64,000 nt of DNA from Macrostomum lignano (lineage: Eukaryota): the NCBI GenBank assembly GCA_002269645.1, contig NIVC01001226.1, forward strand, positions 87,835-151,834, given 5' to 3'. The position numbers were made by a program, and so were the translations under genes. Below the pieces are notes generated by a model. That model ran no database searches and had not been told where the DNA came from. It saw only the letters and a program-made list of their open reading frames with translations. Shown in pieces: positions 1 through 13,200 of this stretch (its first letter is position 1; each line of letters opens with the position of its first letter).

Positions 1-152
1 ATACCGATTGGAGATGTTAGATACTGATTGGAGATGTTAGATACTGATTGGAGATGTTAGACACTGATTGGAGATGCTAGACACTGATTAGAGATGCTAG
101 ACACTGATTGGAGATGCTAGACACTGATTAGAGATGTTAGACACTGATTAGA
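1..152. repeat. 20-bp minisatellite (ACTGATTGGAGATGTTAGAT), ~7.5 copies, runs off the left edge
   Basis: Period of 20 directly visible in 1-150. Confidence 0.9.
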
Positions 153-639
153 CAGTGGGTGTACAGCGGCCGTGACTTTTTATCTATATAGCAATAGATA
201 GAAGGGAGAATCAGGCAGGTTTAACATCGTGAGCTCTGCCCCCCCTCCTACCCCCTGATCGAAACTGTACGATAGCGATCGGAACCGTTTGCTTATAAAA
301 TAAGGTTTCTAAACACCTTTGTGACTTGTCACCTGCTGATCTTCATATGTTTATAAATGTCTGTGATTGGAACTGTTAGTTCAGTTCCAGCTTTTCTTTG
401 GCTACATTTTTTTCGACAGAAAAATCCAAAGTTATGATTTCTGTTTGTAATTTTATGACTCGATGGGAAGTCGCGATGTGCGTCAATATGTCGCGTTTCA
501 CGAAATGTTTCGCGTAACAGTTTCCAGTCTGTGTAGCTGCACTGAAGCCTCTCAAGTGCTCAGGCTCCCTAGCATATTTGTTCCCAGAATTCTGCCAAAG
601 ATTCAATTGCAATACGCTGGTTAAATATGCTCAACATTG

Positions 640-1300
640 AGTGAGATGTGATGGAGACTGAGATTAGATTAGCTTTGATAGATTAAATTAGCTGAGATAA
701 AATAAAGACTGAGATGGGACGCATATTGAGTGAGACGAGATGGACATTGAGTTTTAGACGAGACGGAGACTGGATGAGATGAGATGAATATTGAATGAGA
801 TGAGATGGAGATCAGATGAGATGAGATAGAGACTGGGTGAGCAGATAGAGACTGAGTGAGATCAGATAAAGATTAAAGGTTGAGTGAGATGAGACTGAGT
901 GTGATATTACGCTCGTAGATTGGATTACCACGTAGAATAGATTAACTGAGTTCAGATAGAGTCTGAGTGAGAACAGATGAAGACTGAAAGAGATGGGATG
1001 AAATTGTGTGAGATGAGATTGGGTGAGATGAGATTAAGTGAGATGAGACGGATATTGAGTGAGATGAAGGAGATTGAGTGAGATGAGATAGAGTAAGATA
1101 AGATTGACTGAGATGTCTTTGAGTGAGATGAGATAGAGACTGAGTGAGAAAAGATGAAGACTGAATGAGATAGGATGAGATTGAGCGAGATGAGATCGAG
1201 ATTGAGTGAGATGAGATTGAATAAGATGAGATTGACTGAGATGTCCTTGAGTGAGATAAGATAGAGACTAAATGAGATCAGGTAAAGAGGGTCCGGATTT
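640..1300. repeat. Degenerate purine-rich (TGAGA/GAGAT-type) satellite
   Basis: Dense TGAGAT/GAGTGAGAT words; explains the Ser/Leu/Ile-rich minus-strand ORF 952-1350. Confidence 0.75.
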
Positions 1301-1934
1301 AGAGAGACCATAAATGATATTGCAAATAGTGAAAGCAATTGTTTATGCATACGAGTATTACGAACGCTATTAAAAATTAGCCCTGCTAGCAGAACCTACG
1401 TCGCGCTACTTACAGTAGTTCTCTTTAGACAAAAACTCGACTGCATCCTCAACAGCAATACACTTTGATCTGTATTCCGGCTATCGTTTAGCCCGACTGG
1501 CATAAAAATTCTCTCTGATTGAATTCGCGCTTACTGACTGGAATATCGTTATAAATTTTATTTGCGGACACGCGCATCCCGGCTCCTTTCTCTTGGACTT
1601 CTCACACCCGGAATCTCGTGCTCAGAGGCACAAGATCTCAAGGCACTTGCTCAGCTACTGCAGCTAAGGCCACTTGCAGTAATGAATGAAGGTCTCCCGA
1701 CACTGTCCTTGGAGCTGTTATGAGTAATATGCAGTTTATGCGTGTGTGTGTGTATGGCTATATGCTTACCAGATAAATGAGTAACTAACTCTAACTCTCC
1801 TCCCTTTCTTTCTATCTGTCTCTTCTTTTAGAAGAGCAAATAAAATTTGCCTAAAATATATATATGCTATCGATTCCTGTTTTCCGTATATATTAATGGA
1901 GACTAGAGAGAGTCGTGTAAGAGGAAAAATGATT

Positions 1935-2525
1935 GGAGTGCTGAGATTAGATTAAGAATGAGCAAGATTAGATTGAGGATGGGTGAGATTTAGATTAGAC
2001 TGGGTGAGATTAGATCAGGAAGAGGGAGAAAAGATTAGTAAGGCTGAGATCAGATTAGGGAAGGTGAGATCAGATTAGGGAAGGTGAGATCAGATTAGGG
2101 AGAGCGGAGGTCAGATTAATAAGGCTGAGATCAGATTAGGGAGAGGTGAGATCAGATTAGAGAGAGGTGAGATCAGATTAGGGAGAGGTGAGATCAGATT
2201 AGGGAGAGGTGAGATCAGATTAGGGAGAGGTGAGATCAGATTAGAGAGAGGTGAGATCAGATTAGGGAGAGGTGATATCAGATTAGTAAGGCTGAGATCA
2301 GATTAGGGAAAGGTGAGATCAGATCAGTAAGGCTGGGATCAGATTAGGGAGTGGTGAGATCAGATTAGTAAGGCTGAGATCAGATTAATAAGGCTGAGAT
2401 CCTGGATTAGTAAGGCTGAGATCAGATTAGTAAGGCTGAGATCAGATTAATAAGGCTGAGATCAAATTAGTAAGGCTGAGATCAGATTAGTAAGGCTGAG
2501 ATCAAATAGGAGAGAGATGAGATAA
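1935..2525. repeat. 20/21-bp minisatellite (GAGATCAGATTAGGGAGAGGT / GAGATCAGATTAGTAAGGCT)
   Basis: GAGATC recurs at 21-bp spacing (e.g. 2169, 2190); a 20-bp variant dominates the right half. Edges approximate. Confidence 0.9.
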
Positions 2526-3065
2526 GGTTCTTTTAAGAGAACAAAGCATACATGTGAGCAGTATGCGAGTACATTGGATAATCTGACCGAGTGAGCTCAT
2601 AAGCAGCCTATGAGCATAAGCTGTAAGATGAGCTGCAGAAAAGATGTTTCAAACGGTTGATCTCAAATTTGGAAATCTCAAATTTCCACGGCTAGCTACA
2701 TGTACATATAATGGCAAACAGAGCCAATCCATTTTTCAATCGGTTTTGAGAGACAATCTTCTTTTCTAACAAAAAAACCGCGGAGCTCTGGGCGAGAGAA
2801 GCCAGGTACCCTGCATATGCAGAAGTACCGGAGCCTGGAGTTTTGTCAACGTTTGCAGAGAAAAACTTTAGAGGCACTGATTAGCATAAACCATCATTTT
2901 CACTGCTTGTCAAGGAGTCTCCTCGATTTCATTCGCCAACTTTACATTTGTTTGCCAATGACAAACCAAAGTACCGAAACTCTTCACCCTGATTTGGGCT
3001 GCAGCTTGAGAACTGCTCTCAGATTTCATTGCACATGCTGGAGAATATTCATCTATCATCTCCAG

Positions 3066-3496
<431 letters not shown>

Positions 3497-4074
3497 ACAG
3501 AGTTGAGCAAAGCAAGCTCATAAGCCTACTAGTTTCAATCAACTACTATCGACAAAGCTAAACAAGGCATCAACTGCGTCATTCTCGCTTTCCTCAGACG
3601 CTGACTGACCGCTGAACTTCCGGGTTATTCATTCACAATGCCAGGCTGAATGAAACTGAAGCAGTGCCAATCAAATTTACTGGATTATCAGCTGATTGAA
3701 ACTTCCTGAAACGAAAATTATGTGCTGCTACAATTTCCTTTGACTACACCTTTCATAAGGCGGCTTAGCCAGAAGGTTTCAAAGGCTTCCACCCTTATGA
3801 TTTATAAGCAATAATTCAAACAATATTACATGTAGGTCACTTCTAAGGAATCCGCTGACACCTCGCATGACACAATAGGAGCATACAGTCTCCTGACACA
3901 ATCCTGACAAATTTTAAGGTATTGAGAGTGATTTTTATCTTTACTGACACACTTTCTGACACATTTGGAATCCTGACTGTAATCTGTACAAATGAACTGA
4001 CACATTCAGAGACAACTCCTGACTCATTTTGAAGTTTTCAAAATTTCACTAATTTCTAATTAAGTTCCGACACC

Positions 4075-4612
4075 TGCAATAACCGCAAGAGGCTGTCGAA
4101 CCGCTCACATCCTTGATGGCCAACCCCCAGCAATAACCGCAAGAGGCTGTCGAACGGCTCACATCCTTGATGGCCAACCCCCAGCAATAACCGCAAGAGG
4201 CTGTCGAACGGCTCACATCCTTGATGGCCAACCCCCAGCAATAACCGCAAGAGGCTGTCGAACGGCTCACATCCTTGATGGCCAACCCCCAGCAATAACC
4301 GCAAGAGGCTGTCGAACGGCTCACATCCTTGATGGCCAACCCCCAGCAATAACCGCAAGAGGCTGTCGAACGGCTCACATCCTTGATGGCCAACCCCCAG
4401 CAATAACCGCAAGAGGCTGTCGAACGGCTCACATCCTTGATGGCCAACCCCAGCAATAACCGCAAGAGGCTGTCGAACGGCTCACATCCTTGATGGCCAA
4501 CCCCCAGCAATAACCGCAAGAGGCTGTCGAACGGCTCACATCCTTGATGGCCAACCCCCAGCAATAACCGCAAGAGGCTGTCAAACGGCTCACATCCTTG
4601 ATGGCCAACCCA
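4075..4612. repeat. 54-bp minisatellite, ~10 copies, in the intron following the GPCR exon
   Basis: Unit GCAATAACCGCAAGAGGCTGTCGAACGGCTCACATCCTTGATGGCCAACCCCCA, near identical copies, no spacers. Confidence 0.95.
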
Positions 4613-4651
4613 GGAGTCAGCGGAATGCGCCAAGGGTGCAATTAACCTCAC

Positions 4652-5068
4652 CTGTATCCATGGAGACAACCAGTAGCCAATGGCCTCCAAATACGGCACG
4701 GCATAGCAACCGACGGGCCCCAGCTTCATCGGGTCCAGGTCCCAATAGACAGACACGTACAGATAGGTGGCAGCGAACACCAGGTTGATGAGATCGGCAA
4801 TGGCCAACGCTGAGAACAGAATCGAGGTTGTCTTCTGGAACACTCGGTACCGGATGATGATGAGCAAGTTCATAGCCGTGCCGCAGAATCCCATGAGCAA
4901 TAGCAGCGGCATGAACCAGGACATGAAGTACCTCTTGAACTGGTAAAATGAGTCCCTTGGCGGCGCTTCTGACATTCTAATATCTCTCAGGTTAAACAAG
5001 CTGCTGTAGCGATATGAATTTTCTGTCTTTTCTTTTGGCCGAATGAATTTCCGAACGCACTGATCCAT
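4652..5068 (-). CDS. Class A (rhodopsin-like, probably peptide) GPCR, first coding exon covering TM1-TM3; the remainder was not found in the window
   Basis: Translation shows TM1 (MPLLLLMGFCGTAMNLLIII), TM2 with LAxAD (SALAIADL) and the Cys at the start of TM3 (GPVGC...GYWLSPWIQ). It ends at a CAG|GTGAG donor at 4652/4651. The start Met is uncertain, and downstream exons probably lie left of position 1. Confidence 0.75.
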
Positions 5069-5184
5069 ATTATCTGGGAAATGGCTGAATGTGAGCGCAT
5101 TTGGATGCTTATTGGTTAGTTGCTAATCGGCAAATCAGAGGCGATGAGATCTGCCTGCAACTTGAAGCTTCTGTGGGAAAAGCG

Positions 5185-5885
5185 CTAAGGATAAGCTCCG
5201 AGGGTAAGCTACAGTGGTAAGCTCCGAGGGTAAGCTAACAGTGGTAAGCTCCGAGGGTAAGCTCTGAGGGTAAGCTCCGAGGGTAAGCTCCGAGGGTAAG
5301 CTCCGAGGGTAAGCTACAGTGGTAAGCTCCGAGGGTAAGCTAACAGTGGTAAGCTCCGAGGGTAAGCTAACAGTGGTAAGCTCCGAGGGTAAGCTCTGAG
5401 GGTAAGCTCCGAGGGTAAGCTCCGAGGGTAAGCTACAGTGGTAAGCTCCGAGGGTAAGCTACAGTGGTAAGCTCCGAGGGTAAGCTAACAGTGGTAAGCT
5501 CCGAGGGTAAGCTCTGAGGGTAAGCTCCGAGGGTAAGCTCCGAGGGTAAGCTACAGTGGTAAGCTCCGAGGGTAAGCTACAGTGGTAAGCTCCGAGGGTA
5601 AGCTCCGAGGGTAAGCTCCGAGGGTAAGCTCCGAGGGTAAGCTACAGTGGTAAGCTCCGAGGGTAAGCTCCGAGGGTAAGCTACAGTGGTAAGCTCCGAG
5701 GGTAAGCTCTGAGGGTAAGCTCCGAGGGTAAGCTCCGAGGGTAAGCTCTGAGGGTAAGCTCCGAGGGTAAGCTCCGAGGGTAAGCTCCGAGGGTAAGCTC
5801 CGAGGGTAAGCTCCGAGGGTAAGCTCCGAGGGTAAGCTCCGAGGGTAAGCTCCGAGGGTAAGCTCCGAGGGTAAGCTCCGAGGGT
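5185..5885. repeat. 13-bp minisatellite (GGGTAAGCTCCGA, with GTGGTAAGCTACA variants), ~50 copies
   Basis: CCGAGG recurs at 5761, 5774, 5787. Confidence 0.95.
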
Positions 5886-5929
5886 AAACTCCAAGGGCAA
5901 GCGCCGAGGGTAAGCGGTAGGGGTAAATG

Positions 5930-6160
5930 CCGAGGAGACAGTAGAGTCGCCAAGGAGGCAGGGTTGTCGCCAAGGAGATAGGGTTGTCGCCAAGGAGACA
6001 GGGTTGTCGCCAAGGAGACAATGTTGTCGTCAAGGAGACAGGGTTGTCGCCAAGGAGACAATGTTGTCGTCAAGGAGACAGGGTTGTCGCCAAGGAGACA
6101 ATGTTGTCGTCAAGGAGACAGGGTTGTCGCCAAGGAGACAGGATTGTCGCCAAGGAGGAC
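5930..6160. repeat. 20-bp minisatellite (GTTGTCGCCAAGGAGACAGG), ~11 copies
   Basis: Period of 20 visible; abuts the 13-bp array. Confidence 0.9.
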
Positions 6161-6774
6161 AATGCATATTCCAGTCAATACAATAAGTGCCACAATGAAA
6201 TCTACGTGTTTTATCAAAGCTTAAACTGAACCCACTCTTCCAATAGATGTCTTTTTAACAAAAAGGGGCTCATTCAACAGTCCAATTACGCTGAATCGAA
6301 TGGGACTCAAAAATTGCTCAAAAAGATCAATGGAAGGCTTCCTTTTATTCTTCGTAAGTTAAAGCAATTTACAAAAAGGCGAAGGAAAAAAAGGAGGGCT
6401 GAGAGAGCCACTTCAGTGAAAAAAATTCCTGCACGAACTTGACCTTTTTTATGACCGATGAAGGAGAAAGAGCCGCTGGTGCAGGTGTGGGATCCAGGAT
6501 TTCGAGGTCAGTCGAGTTTGAGGGCTCTCCAGTCAGCCGGTCCCTGCAGTCTTGAGCAACTTTGAGTCTTGAGCTCGAATGTCTCATTACTTCCATCGTA
6601 ACCGAAGCCGCGATTCCATTAATTGATTTTTGCAGCTCCTTTTTTCTTCATCTCTTCAGCTTTCAATTTTTCCCAATTATTGAGCCCCAACAGCCTCTGC
6701 AGCGTCTGCATGAGATTTTGCGCTTTCTTCTGGCTCGCCTGGTGGAATCTTATTCGAAACTCTCTCACTGAGAC

Positions 6775-7990
6775 TCACTGATAATCTCCCCGAATCTCGC
6801 TGAGAATCTCCTTGAATCTCAGCTTAATTTCTTCCTGAATCTCAGCTAAGGTTTGAATATCACTGTTAATCTCTCTCTGAATCTCACTGATAATCTCTCA
6901 CTGTTAATCTCTCTCTGAATCTCACTGATAATCTCTCACTGTTAATCTCTCTCTGAATCTCACTGATAATCTCTCACTGTTAATCTCTCTCTGAATCTCA
7001 CTGATAATCTCTCTCTGAATCTCACTGATAATCTCTCACTGTTAATCTCTCTCTGAATCTCACTGATAATCTCTCACTGTTAATCTCTCTCTGAATCTCA
7101 CTGATAATCTCTCTCTGAATCTCACTGATAATCTCTCACTGTTAATCTCTCTCTGAATCTCACTGATAATCTCTCACTGTTAATCTCTCTCTGAATCTCA
7201 CTGATAATCTCTCACTGTTAATCTCTCTCTGAATCTCACTGATAATCTCCTTGAATCTCAGCTTAATTTCTTCCTGAATCTCAGCTAAGGTTTGAATATC
7301 ACTGTTAATCTCTCTCTGAATCTCACTGATAATCTCTCTCTGAATCTCACTGATAATCTCTCTCTGAATCTCACTGATAATCTCTCACTGTTAATCTCTC
7401 TCTGAATCTCACTGATAATCTCTCACTGTTAATCTCTCTCTGAATCTCACTGATAATCTCTCACTGTTAATCTCTCTCTGAATCTCACTGATAATCTCTC
7501 TCTGAATCTCACTGATAATCTCTCACTGTTAATCTCTCTCTGAATCTCACTGATAATCTCTCTCTGAATCTCACTGATAATCTCTCACTGTTAATCTCTC
7601 TCTGAATCTCACTGATAATCTCTCACTGTTAATCTCTCTCTGAATCTCACTGATAATCTCTCACTGTTAATCTCTCTCTGAATCTCACTGATAATCTCTT
7701 TCTGAATCTCAAAGATAATTTTTCTCTGAATCTCTAAGACAATCTTTTTCTGAATCTCACTGACAATCTTTTTGAATCTCACTGAGAGTCTCTCTGAATC
7801 TCGCTGAGAATCTTTCTGAGAATCTCACTGACAATATTTCTGAATTCCACTGAGAATTTCACTGAAAATCTTCCTGAATCTTACTGAGAATCTCTCTGAT
7901 CTATCGGAATCTCACAGAGAATCTCTCTGATCTATCTGAATCTCACTAACAATCTCTCTGATCTAGCAGAATCTCACTGAGAATTTGTCT
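6775..7990. repeat. Composite 24/38-bp minisatellite (CTGAATCTCACTGATAATCTCTCT plus a 14-bp subunit) with an internal higher-order duplication
   Basis: CTGTTA at 6901 and 6939; a ~60-bp variant block occurs at ~6810-6870 and again at ~7250-7310. Confidence 0.9.
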
Positions 7991-9030
7991 GAATTTCAAA
8001 ATACCTCTGCCAACACCTCTGCCAAAATTCATGTCAAACATACATTACAAGCAGCCTCAACCGATGGGGTTCAGTGTAATTTTTTCCACACCTCAACTGT
8101 GTCATTACCGCAGCGAAGCGCACGACCCACCTAAAACTGGAACCAGCGAATTGCCCTCGAGCTGGTCGCGTGTGAATTCCCAATTGGCTCTCTCTCTACA
8201 ACGCAACAACTCAAATTTGTCCCCCCATATATTTTCCGCGTAAAACTTCGGAACTCTCTAGCTATAGACACGAGATAAATTTATAGATATATAAAACAGG
8301 TTTTTTTCTGGATAACACACTTTGTTGGGAATTTCTGTGCCATGTTACTGTGCATATATGTGTGTATCTACATGTAGCTATTGAATTTGCTGCTGTTAGG
8401 AGAAGAGGAAGAGAATCTGTGACTACATGTGTATAAGGTGTGAGACCGCCCCTACTCAGTGAAGTAATTGAGTAAATTAGATGAGGAAAGTTGGCGCATT
8501 TGCAGGGGGACCTGATCGAGGGGCTTCCAGCTGCATCTTGCAGAGCTGACCTGACGTGCTTAACTGCGTGTTTTCGGTCCAAATGTTGGAGCACATTTGA
8601 TAAAAGGATTCATCATGCACACATGTTAATTGTACATGTACAGACGTATACAGTATATATGTGACAGCACATATATATGTACTGAGGGAGCTCTCGATCC
8701 TTCCCCCTTACTTTACATGTACTTCGATCCTATACTGTCAGTAGTATAGCCATTGCATTTTCTTCTATCTTAACCATTCTTTCCTTTCCTCTCTCCTATT
8801 TATACCTGCTCTACTGAATTTTCCTCTGTCTTGATGCAATTTTTATTTTCCAATTGGGATTGATCCATACTTGCAGCATACTTTTATTTAGAGGTAATTC
8901 CAGGACATTTGATCGTTGCAATTGCGACATTTCGTAGCTAGTGTACGTCACCGGCATTCTCGTCAACCCACGCCAGTCAAAACTCTCGTCAAACATTACG
9001 GCAATTCTCAGCAAATTGATTTTACATGAA

Positions 9031-9206
9031 TGTATGGGTATTTTGTTGTACTTTTTATTTGCAACTCAGTTTGTCATAAATTACCATAGACTAATTTCCT
9101 TTTACAGTTCTTTCTCGTAGTTAAGTTTCTCGCCCCAAGCCCTCTCGTCTTTAACTCATAAAATATATTGCAATTCAAATCTAAGTTAAGTTGTAGTTTC
9201 ACTACA
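9031..9206 (+). repeat. 5' LTR (TGTA...TACA), 176 bp
   Basis: Identical to 13573-13748 except the first base. Confidence 0.93.
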
Positions 9207-9209
9207 AAT

Positions 9210-9225
9210 TGGTCCGGTGAGGCGG
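9210..9225 (+). promoter_or_regulatory. Primer-binding site TGGTCCGGTGAGGCGG (probably tRNA-Tyr)
   Basis: Starts with TGG 3 nt after the LTR. The implied tRNA 3' end has A73 and G72, the eukaryotic tRNA-Tyr identity pattern (inference). Confidence 0.6.
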
Positions 9226-9271
9226 CGAAAGATATTACTCGCATACTCAATACTAACAGAAGACAAATCCA

Positions 9272-10177
9272 ATGACGGACAGTGCAAGCAACAATTCCGC
9301 TCCTACACCACCTACAACCACGCAAGCCGCACCAAGTTCGGCCGCACCAGTGGTTACAACTGCAGTAGGAAACGCCGCCGACACCGCTATAGTCTCCCTG
9401 GCCCACCTGAAGCTGCCAATCTTCTATCGCAACAACCCGGAAGCATGGTTCCTCACGCTGGAGGCCCAGTTTATGCTCAACAGGGTGACCAACGAGACCG
9501 CCAAATTTTACCACCTAGTCTCTCATCTACCGGAGGATATCGCGGCTCTGCACTTGTCCGCTCAGACTCCAAAACAGTACGAACAACTGAAATCAGCGAT
9601 TACATCGACTCTGCAAAAGTCCAAGCAGGAGAAGGTTTCGGAAGTATTGCAAGTCTCGGACCTCGGAGGAGACAAGCCATCAATCTTCATGCGCAAACTC
9701 CGGAGCAAGATGGAGCAGTGCCAGATACAGCCCGACGAGGAACTCCTCAAGGCCACTCTGATGCGCTGTCTTCCACAGGACCTTCGTATCGCACTGTCGG
9801 GATTCCAACAGCAGTCATCCCAGCAAATTTCCGAGATTGCTGACTCGATGTTGGTCGTCAGAGGCCTTAGCTCTCCACCGCCAGCGACAGTTTGCCCAAT
9901 TCAGCAGGCCGGTGCAGATCGGACACCCCAACAGCGCTTTGAGCAAGCTCCACACCGACAAGCACCTGGTAAGCCCACTGGAACAGACCCATTTAAGCCT
10001 GGCCAACGCCCCGTCGTTTGCCGCTCACACCTCTACTATGGCCGCCGTGCTCGGTCGTGTCGCCCGTGGTGCCAGTTTCCCAAGGACAGCTCGCGTCCGA
10101 TCCGAGTGCTGCATCCCAATGAAAAAACGCCATCTCAGTCGCGTTCATCATCACCTTCTCGACAGCCGGAAAACTAA
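9272..10177 (+). CDS. gag: Gag, 301 aa
   Basis: [21 protein letters not shown] capsid motif; [18 protein letters not shown] knuckle. Confidence 0.92.
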   Translation: MTDSASNNSAPTPPTTTQAAPSSAAPVVTTAVGNAADTAIVSLAHLKLPIFYRNNPEAWFLTLEAQFMLNRVTNETAKFYHLVSHLPEDIAALHLSAQTPKQYEQLKSAITSTLQKSKQEKVSEVLQVSDLGGDKPSIFMRKLRSKMEQCQIQPDEELLKATLMRCLPQDLRIALSGFQQQSSQQISEIADSMLVVRGLSSPPPATVCPIQQAGADRTPQQRFEQAPHRQAPGKPTGTDPFKPGQRPVVCRSHLYYGRRARSCRPWCQFPKDSSRPIRVLHPNEKTPSQSRSSSPSRQPEN

Positions 10178-10211
10178 ATCGCACTGCGACCGAGGTCGCG
10201 GTGCGCAGTGC
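10168..10211 (+). promoter_or_regulatory. Putative -1 ribosomal frameshift signal: G_GAA_AAC, 6-nt spacer, 10-bp stem-loop
   Basis: Pol lies in the -1 frame and is open across the gag stop. GCACTGCGAC (10181-10190) pairs with GTCGCGGTGC (10195-10204), with one G-U pair. Confidence 0.65.
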
Positions 10212-13200
10212 CGAGATACCATCGACCACCTGTTTGGAGTTAGATGTTAAAATCAACAATACCTACAGCAAGTTTCTTGTGGATACCGGAGCCTCGGTTT
10301 CCATTGTTCCACCTCACCTCGTTAACGCACTCGTTCAAGATACAAACGTTCGTTTAATTACTGCTACCGGAGCCGCCATACCAGTTCGCGGGTCGGTCCT
10401 ACTGGATGTCTCAATCCGCGGTTTGCGTCGCGCCTTCCAGTGGACCTTCCTCGTGGCGTCAGTGGTGAAACCCATAATTGGTTACGATTTCTTGGCTCAC
10501 CATGGGTTAGTTGTCGATTGTCAGCGCAAACACGTTCGAGACTCAGAAACAGGACTGTCTACTGTTACCTTGTCAATTTCAAATGTTCATTGTGGCCCAT
10601 TCACTGTGTCGGTAGAACTGCCACCCAACCTGGATTCTCGGACGAGTACGCTGTTGACAAAGTTTGCAGATTGTTTTTCTTTCGTTGAAGGCGGAGCCCT
10701 TCCGCCAGCTTCAGAGGTCAAGCATGACACTGTTCACCGGCTAGACACTGGTAGTGGACAACCAATTCACTTGCGACCCCGGCAACTGCACCCTGCAAAA
10801 CTACAGGCTGCAAAGCAGGAGTTTCAGCAGCTAATCGATGCTGGCTACCTCAGACCTTCCTCAAGCGCTTGGGCGTCACCCCTCCACATGGCACCCAAGG
10901 GAGCTGGCTGGCGTCCGTGCGGTGACTATCGCGAATTGAACAAACGAACAAAGCCGGACAACTATCCGGTTCCACACATTCAAACATTCACTCGGTACCT
11001 ACACGGAAGCACTGTGTTTTCAAAGTTAGACCTTGTTCGCGCCTTTCATCAAATTCCAGTCGCCGAAGAGGATATTTGCAAAACCGCTATCACCACACCG
11101 TTTGGATTGTTCGAGTACACACGCATGCCCTTCGGCCTGAGGAATGCAGCACAAACATTTCAACGCTTCATCGACTCTGTTTTTCACGGACTGTCATTCG
11201 TCATCTCTTACATCGATGATGTCCTGATATTCTCAAAGACTCGTGAGGACCACTACTCGCATTTGGAACAAGTTTTGGACCGCCTATGAACACACGGCCT
11301 ACAGGTTCATTTGAAGAAGTGCGAATTCTTTCAGTCCGAGGTAGATTTCCTTGGCCATCGCGTGACTCCTGAAGGAATAAAACCTCTCCAGAAGAAGATC
11401 CAAATAATCACTGACTGGCCGACACCCATGGATTCGAATGCACTTCGGCGCTTCCTCGGTGTCGTCGGTTTCTACCGTCGATTCGTTCCCAACTTTGCCG
11501 ACCGCATCTGTCCGCTGCAAGACCTACTCACTGCATCACTACAGTCAGCAGGAAACTTCCAATGGACAGAGCAGCATCAGAAATCTTTCGAAAACATCAA
11601 ACAAGCTCTCTCAGAGAGACTACTGCTGCATCATCCGGACCCCAACTGTACTGCGTACCACCTGTACACTGATGCCTCAGCCGACTGTGTTGGTGCCGTT
11701 CTTCATCAATTCTCTTCAACCGGAACGTCACCTCTTGGCATGTTCAGCAAGAAGTTGTCGTCATCTCAAAGGATGTACAGCACGTTCGACCGAGAACTAC
11801 TCGCGGCGTACCTGGCAGTGTTGCACTTCCGCAGCCTCATTGAAGGACTGAGCGTGACCTTGTTCACCGATCATAAACCACTAGCTCAGGCCTTCCACGC
11901 CAATCGCACCACTACGTCAGATCGCAATCAGCGCTACTTGACCGTCTTGTCCGAGTACGTGGCAGATGTCCAGTACATTCGCGGTGCAGACAACGTAATA
12001 GCTGATGCCCTTTCTCGACTGCCTGACTTCCCAGTGAATGATCACGTGTCCAACATCGCAACAGTCGCTGTAGTCGCTGCCCCATCAAGCCAATTCCCTG
12101 TTGATCTGCCCAGTATCGCTGAAGCACAACGACCGGAGTCGTTCTCAGCTGCACCAAATATTCGATCGTATTCTCTGGACAAAGACGTCGTCGTTTGGTG
12201 TGAGACGTCAACGCCGTATCCTCGCCCGATCATTCCGCCGTCCCTCCGCGACGCCGTGATTGCCTCCTTCCATCGACTTGGTCATTTCGGCTACCGTAAA
12301 ACAGCAAAACTCATCACAGAACGTTACTTTTGGCCCGGAATGCGCAAGTCCATCAAGACCTACTGCTGGAACTGCCAGGACTGCCAACGGAGTAAAGTCA
12401 CTCGCCACACTGTCTCCCCGCAACAGGCCTTCGCACTACCATCAAATCGCTTTGAGGCGGTACACATTGATATTGTGGGACCACTTCCACCAGCTAATGC
12501 TACCACCTTTGGCCACCAGTCTGCCCGCTACCTTCTCACGATGGTCGACCGCTCGACTGGCTGGCTAGAAGCTACACCACTGGAATCAATAACCGCGGAA
12601 GTAGTCGCCCATGCATTCGTCTCATCTTGGGTCTCGCGCTACGGAGTGCCACTGTATGTAATCACTGATCGGGGGCGCCAGTTCGAATCAGAATTCTTTC
12701 ACTCGGTCTCGTCATCAATTGGTTTTCATCGATTACGCACAACGGCCTACCACCCTCAAACCAATGGCAAGGTCGAGCGAGCCCATCGCACCCTGAAGAC
12801 GATGCTACGTGCTCGAGGCAATGACTGGCTGACAGACCTACCTGTGGCTCTCCTCGCGATGCACGTCGCACCTGACGACCAAGGAATATCACCGTTCACC
12901 AGGGTTACGGGCGAGCTTCCGATGGTTCCGCGCATTCTAACTTCTGAACCACTCGCCCCAACGGACATTCGGACACGGCTGCAGGAACTGCTGACAGAGT
13001 TACCGAGTCCACACGCGAAGACGCACGAACCACGGAGCTACGTACCCAAGGACCTGGAAATGGCTGAATTCGTCTGGGTTCGGGTCGATCGCGTGCGGTC
13101 GCCGCTCGAGGCGCCGTACTCAGGGCCGTATCGCGTGAAACAGCGAACTGACAAGTTCTTCGTTATTTTCCTACCGTCAGGCAACACCGAATCTGTCTCT

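Noticed and set aside
6369-6767. Possible minus-strand exon (EFRIRFHQ...; MEVMRH...KKVKF)
   Set aside because: The two halves are in different frames, joined only by a 1-nt shift at an A6 run; weak acceptor and no recognisable homology.
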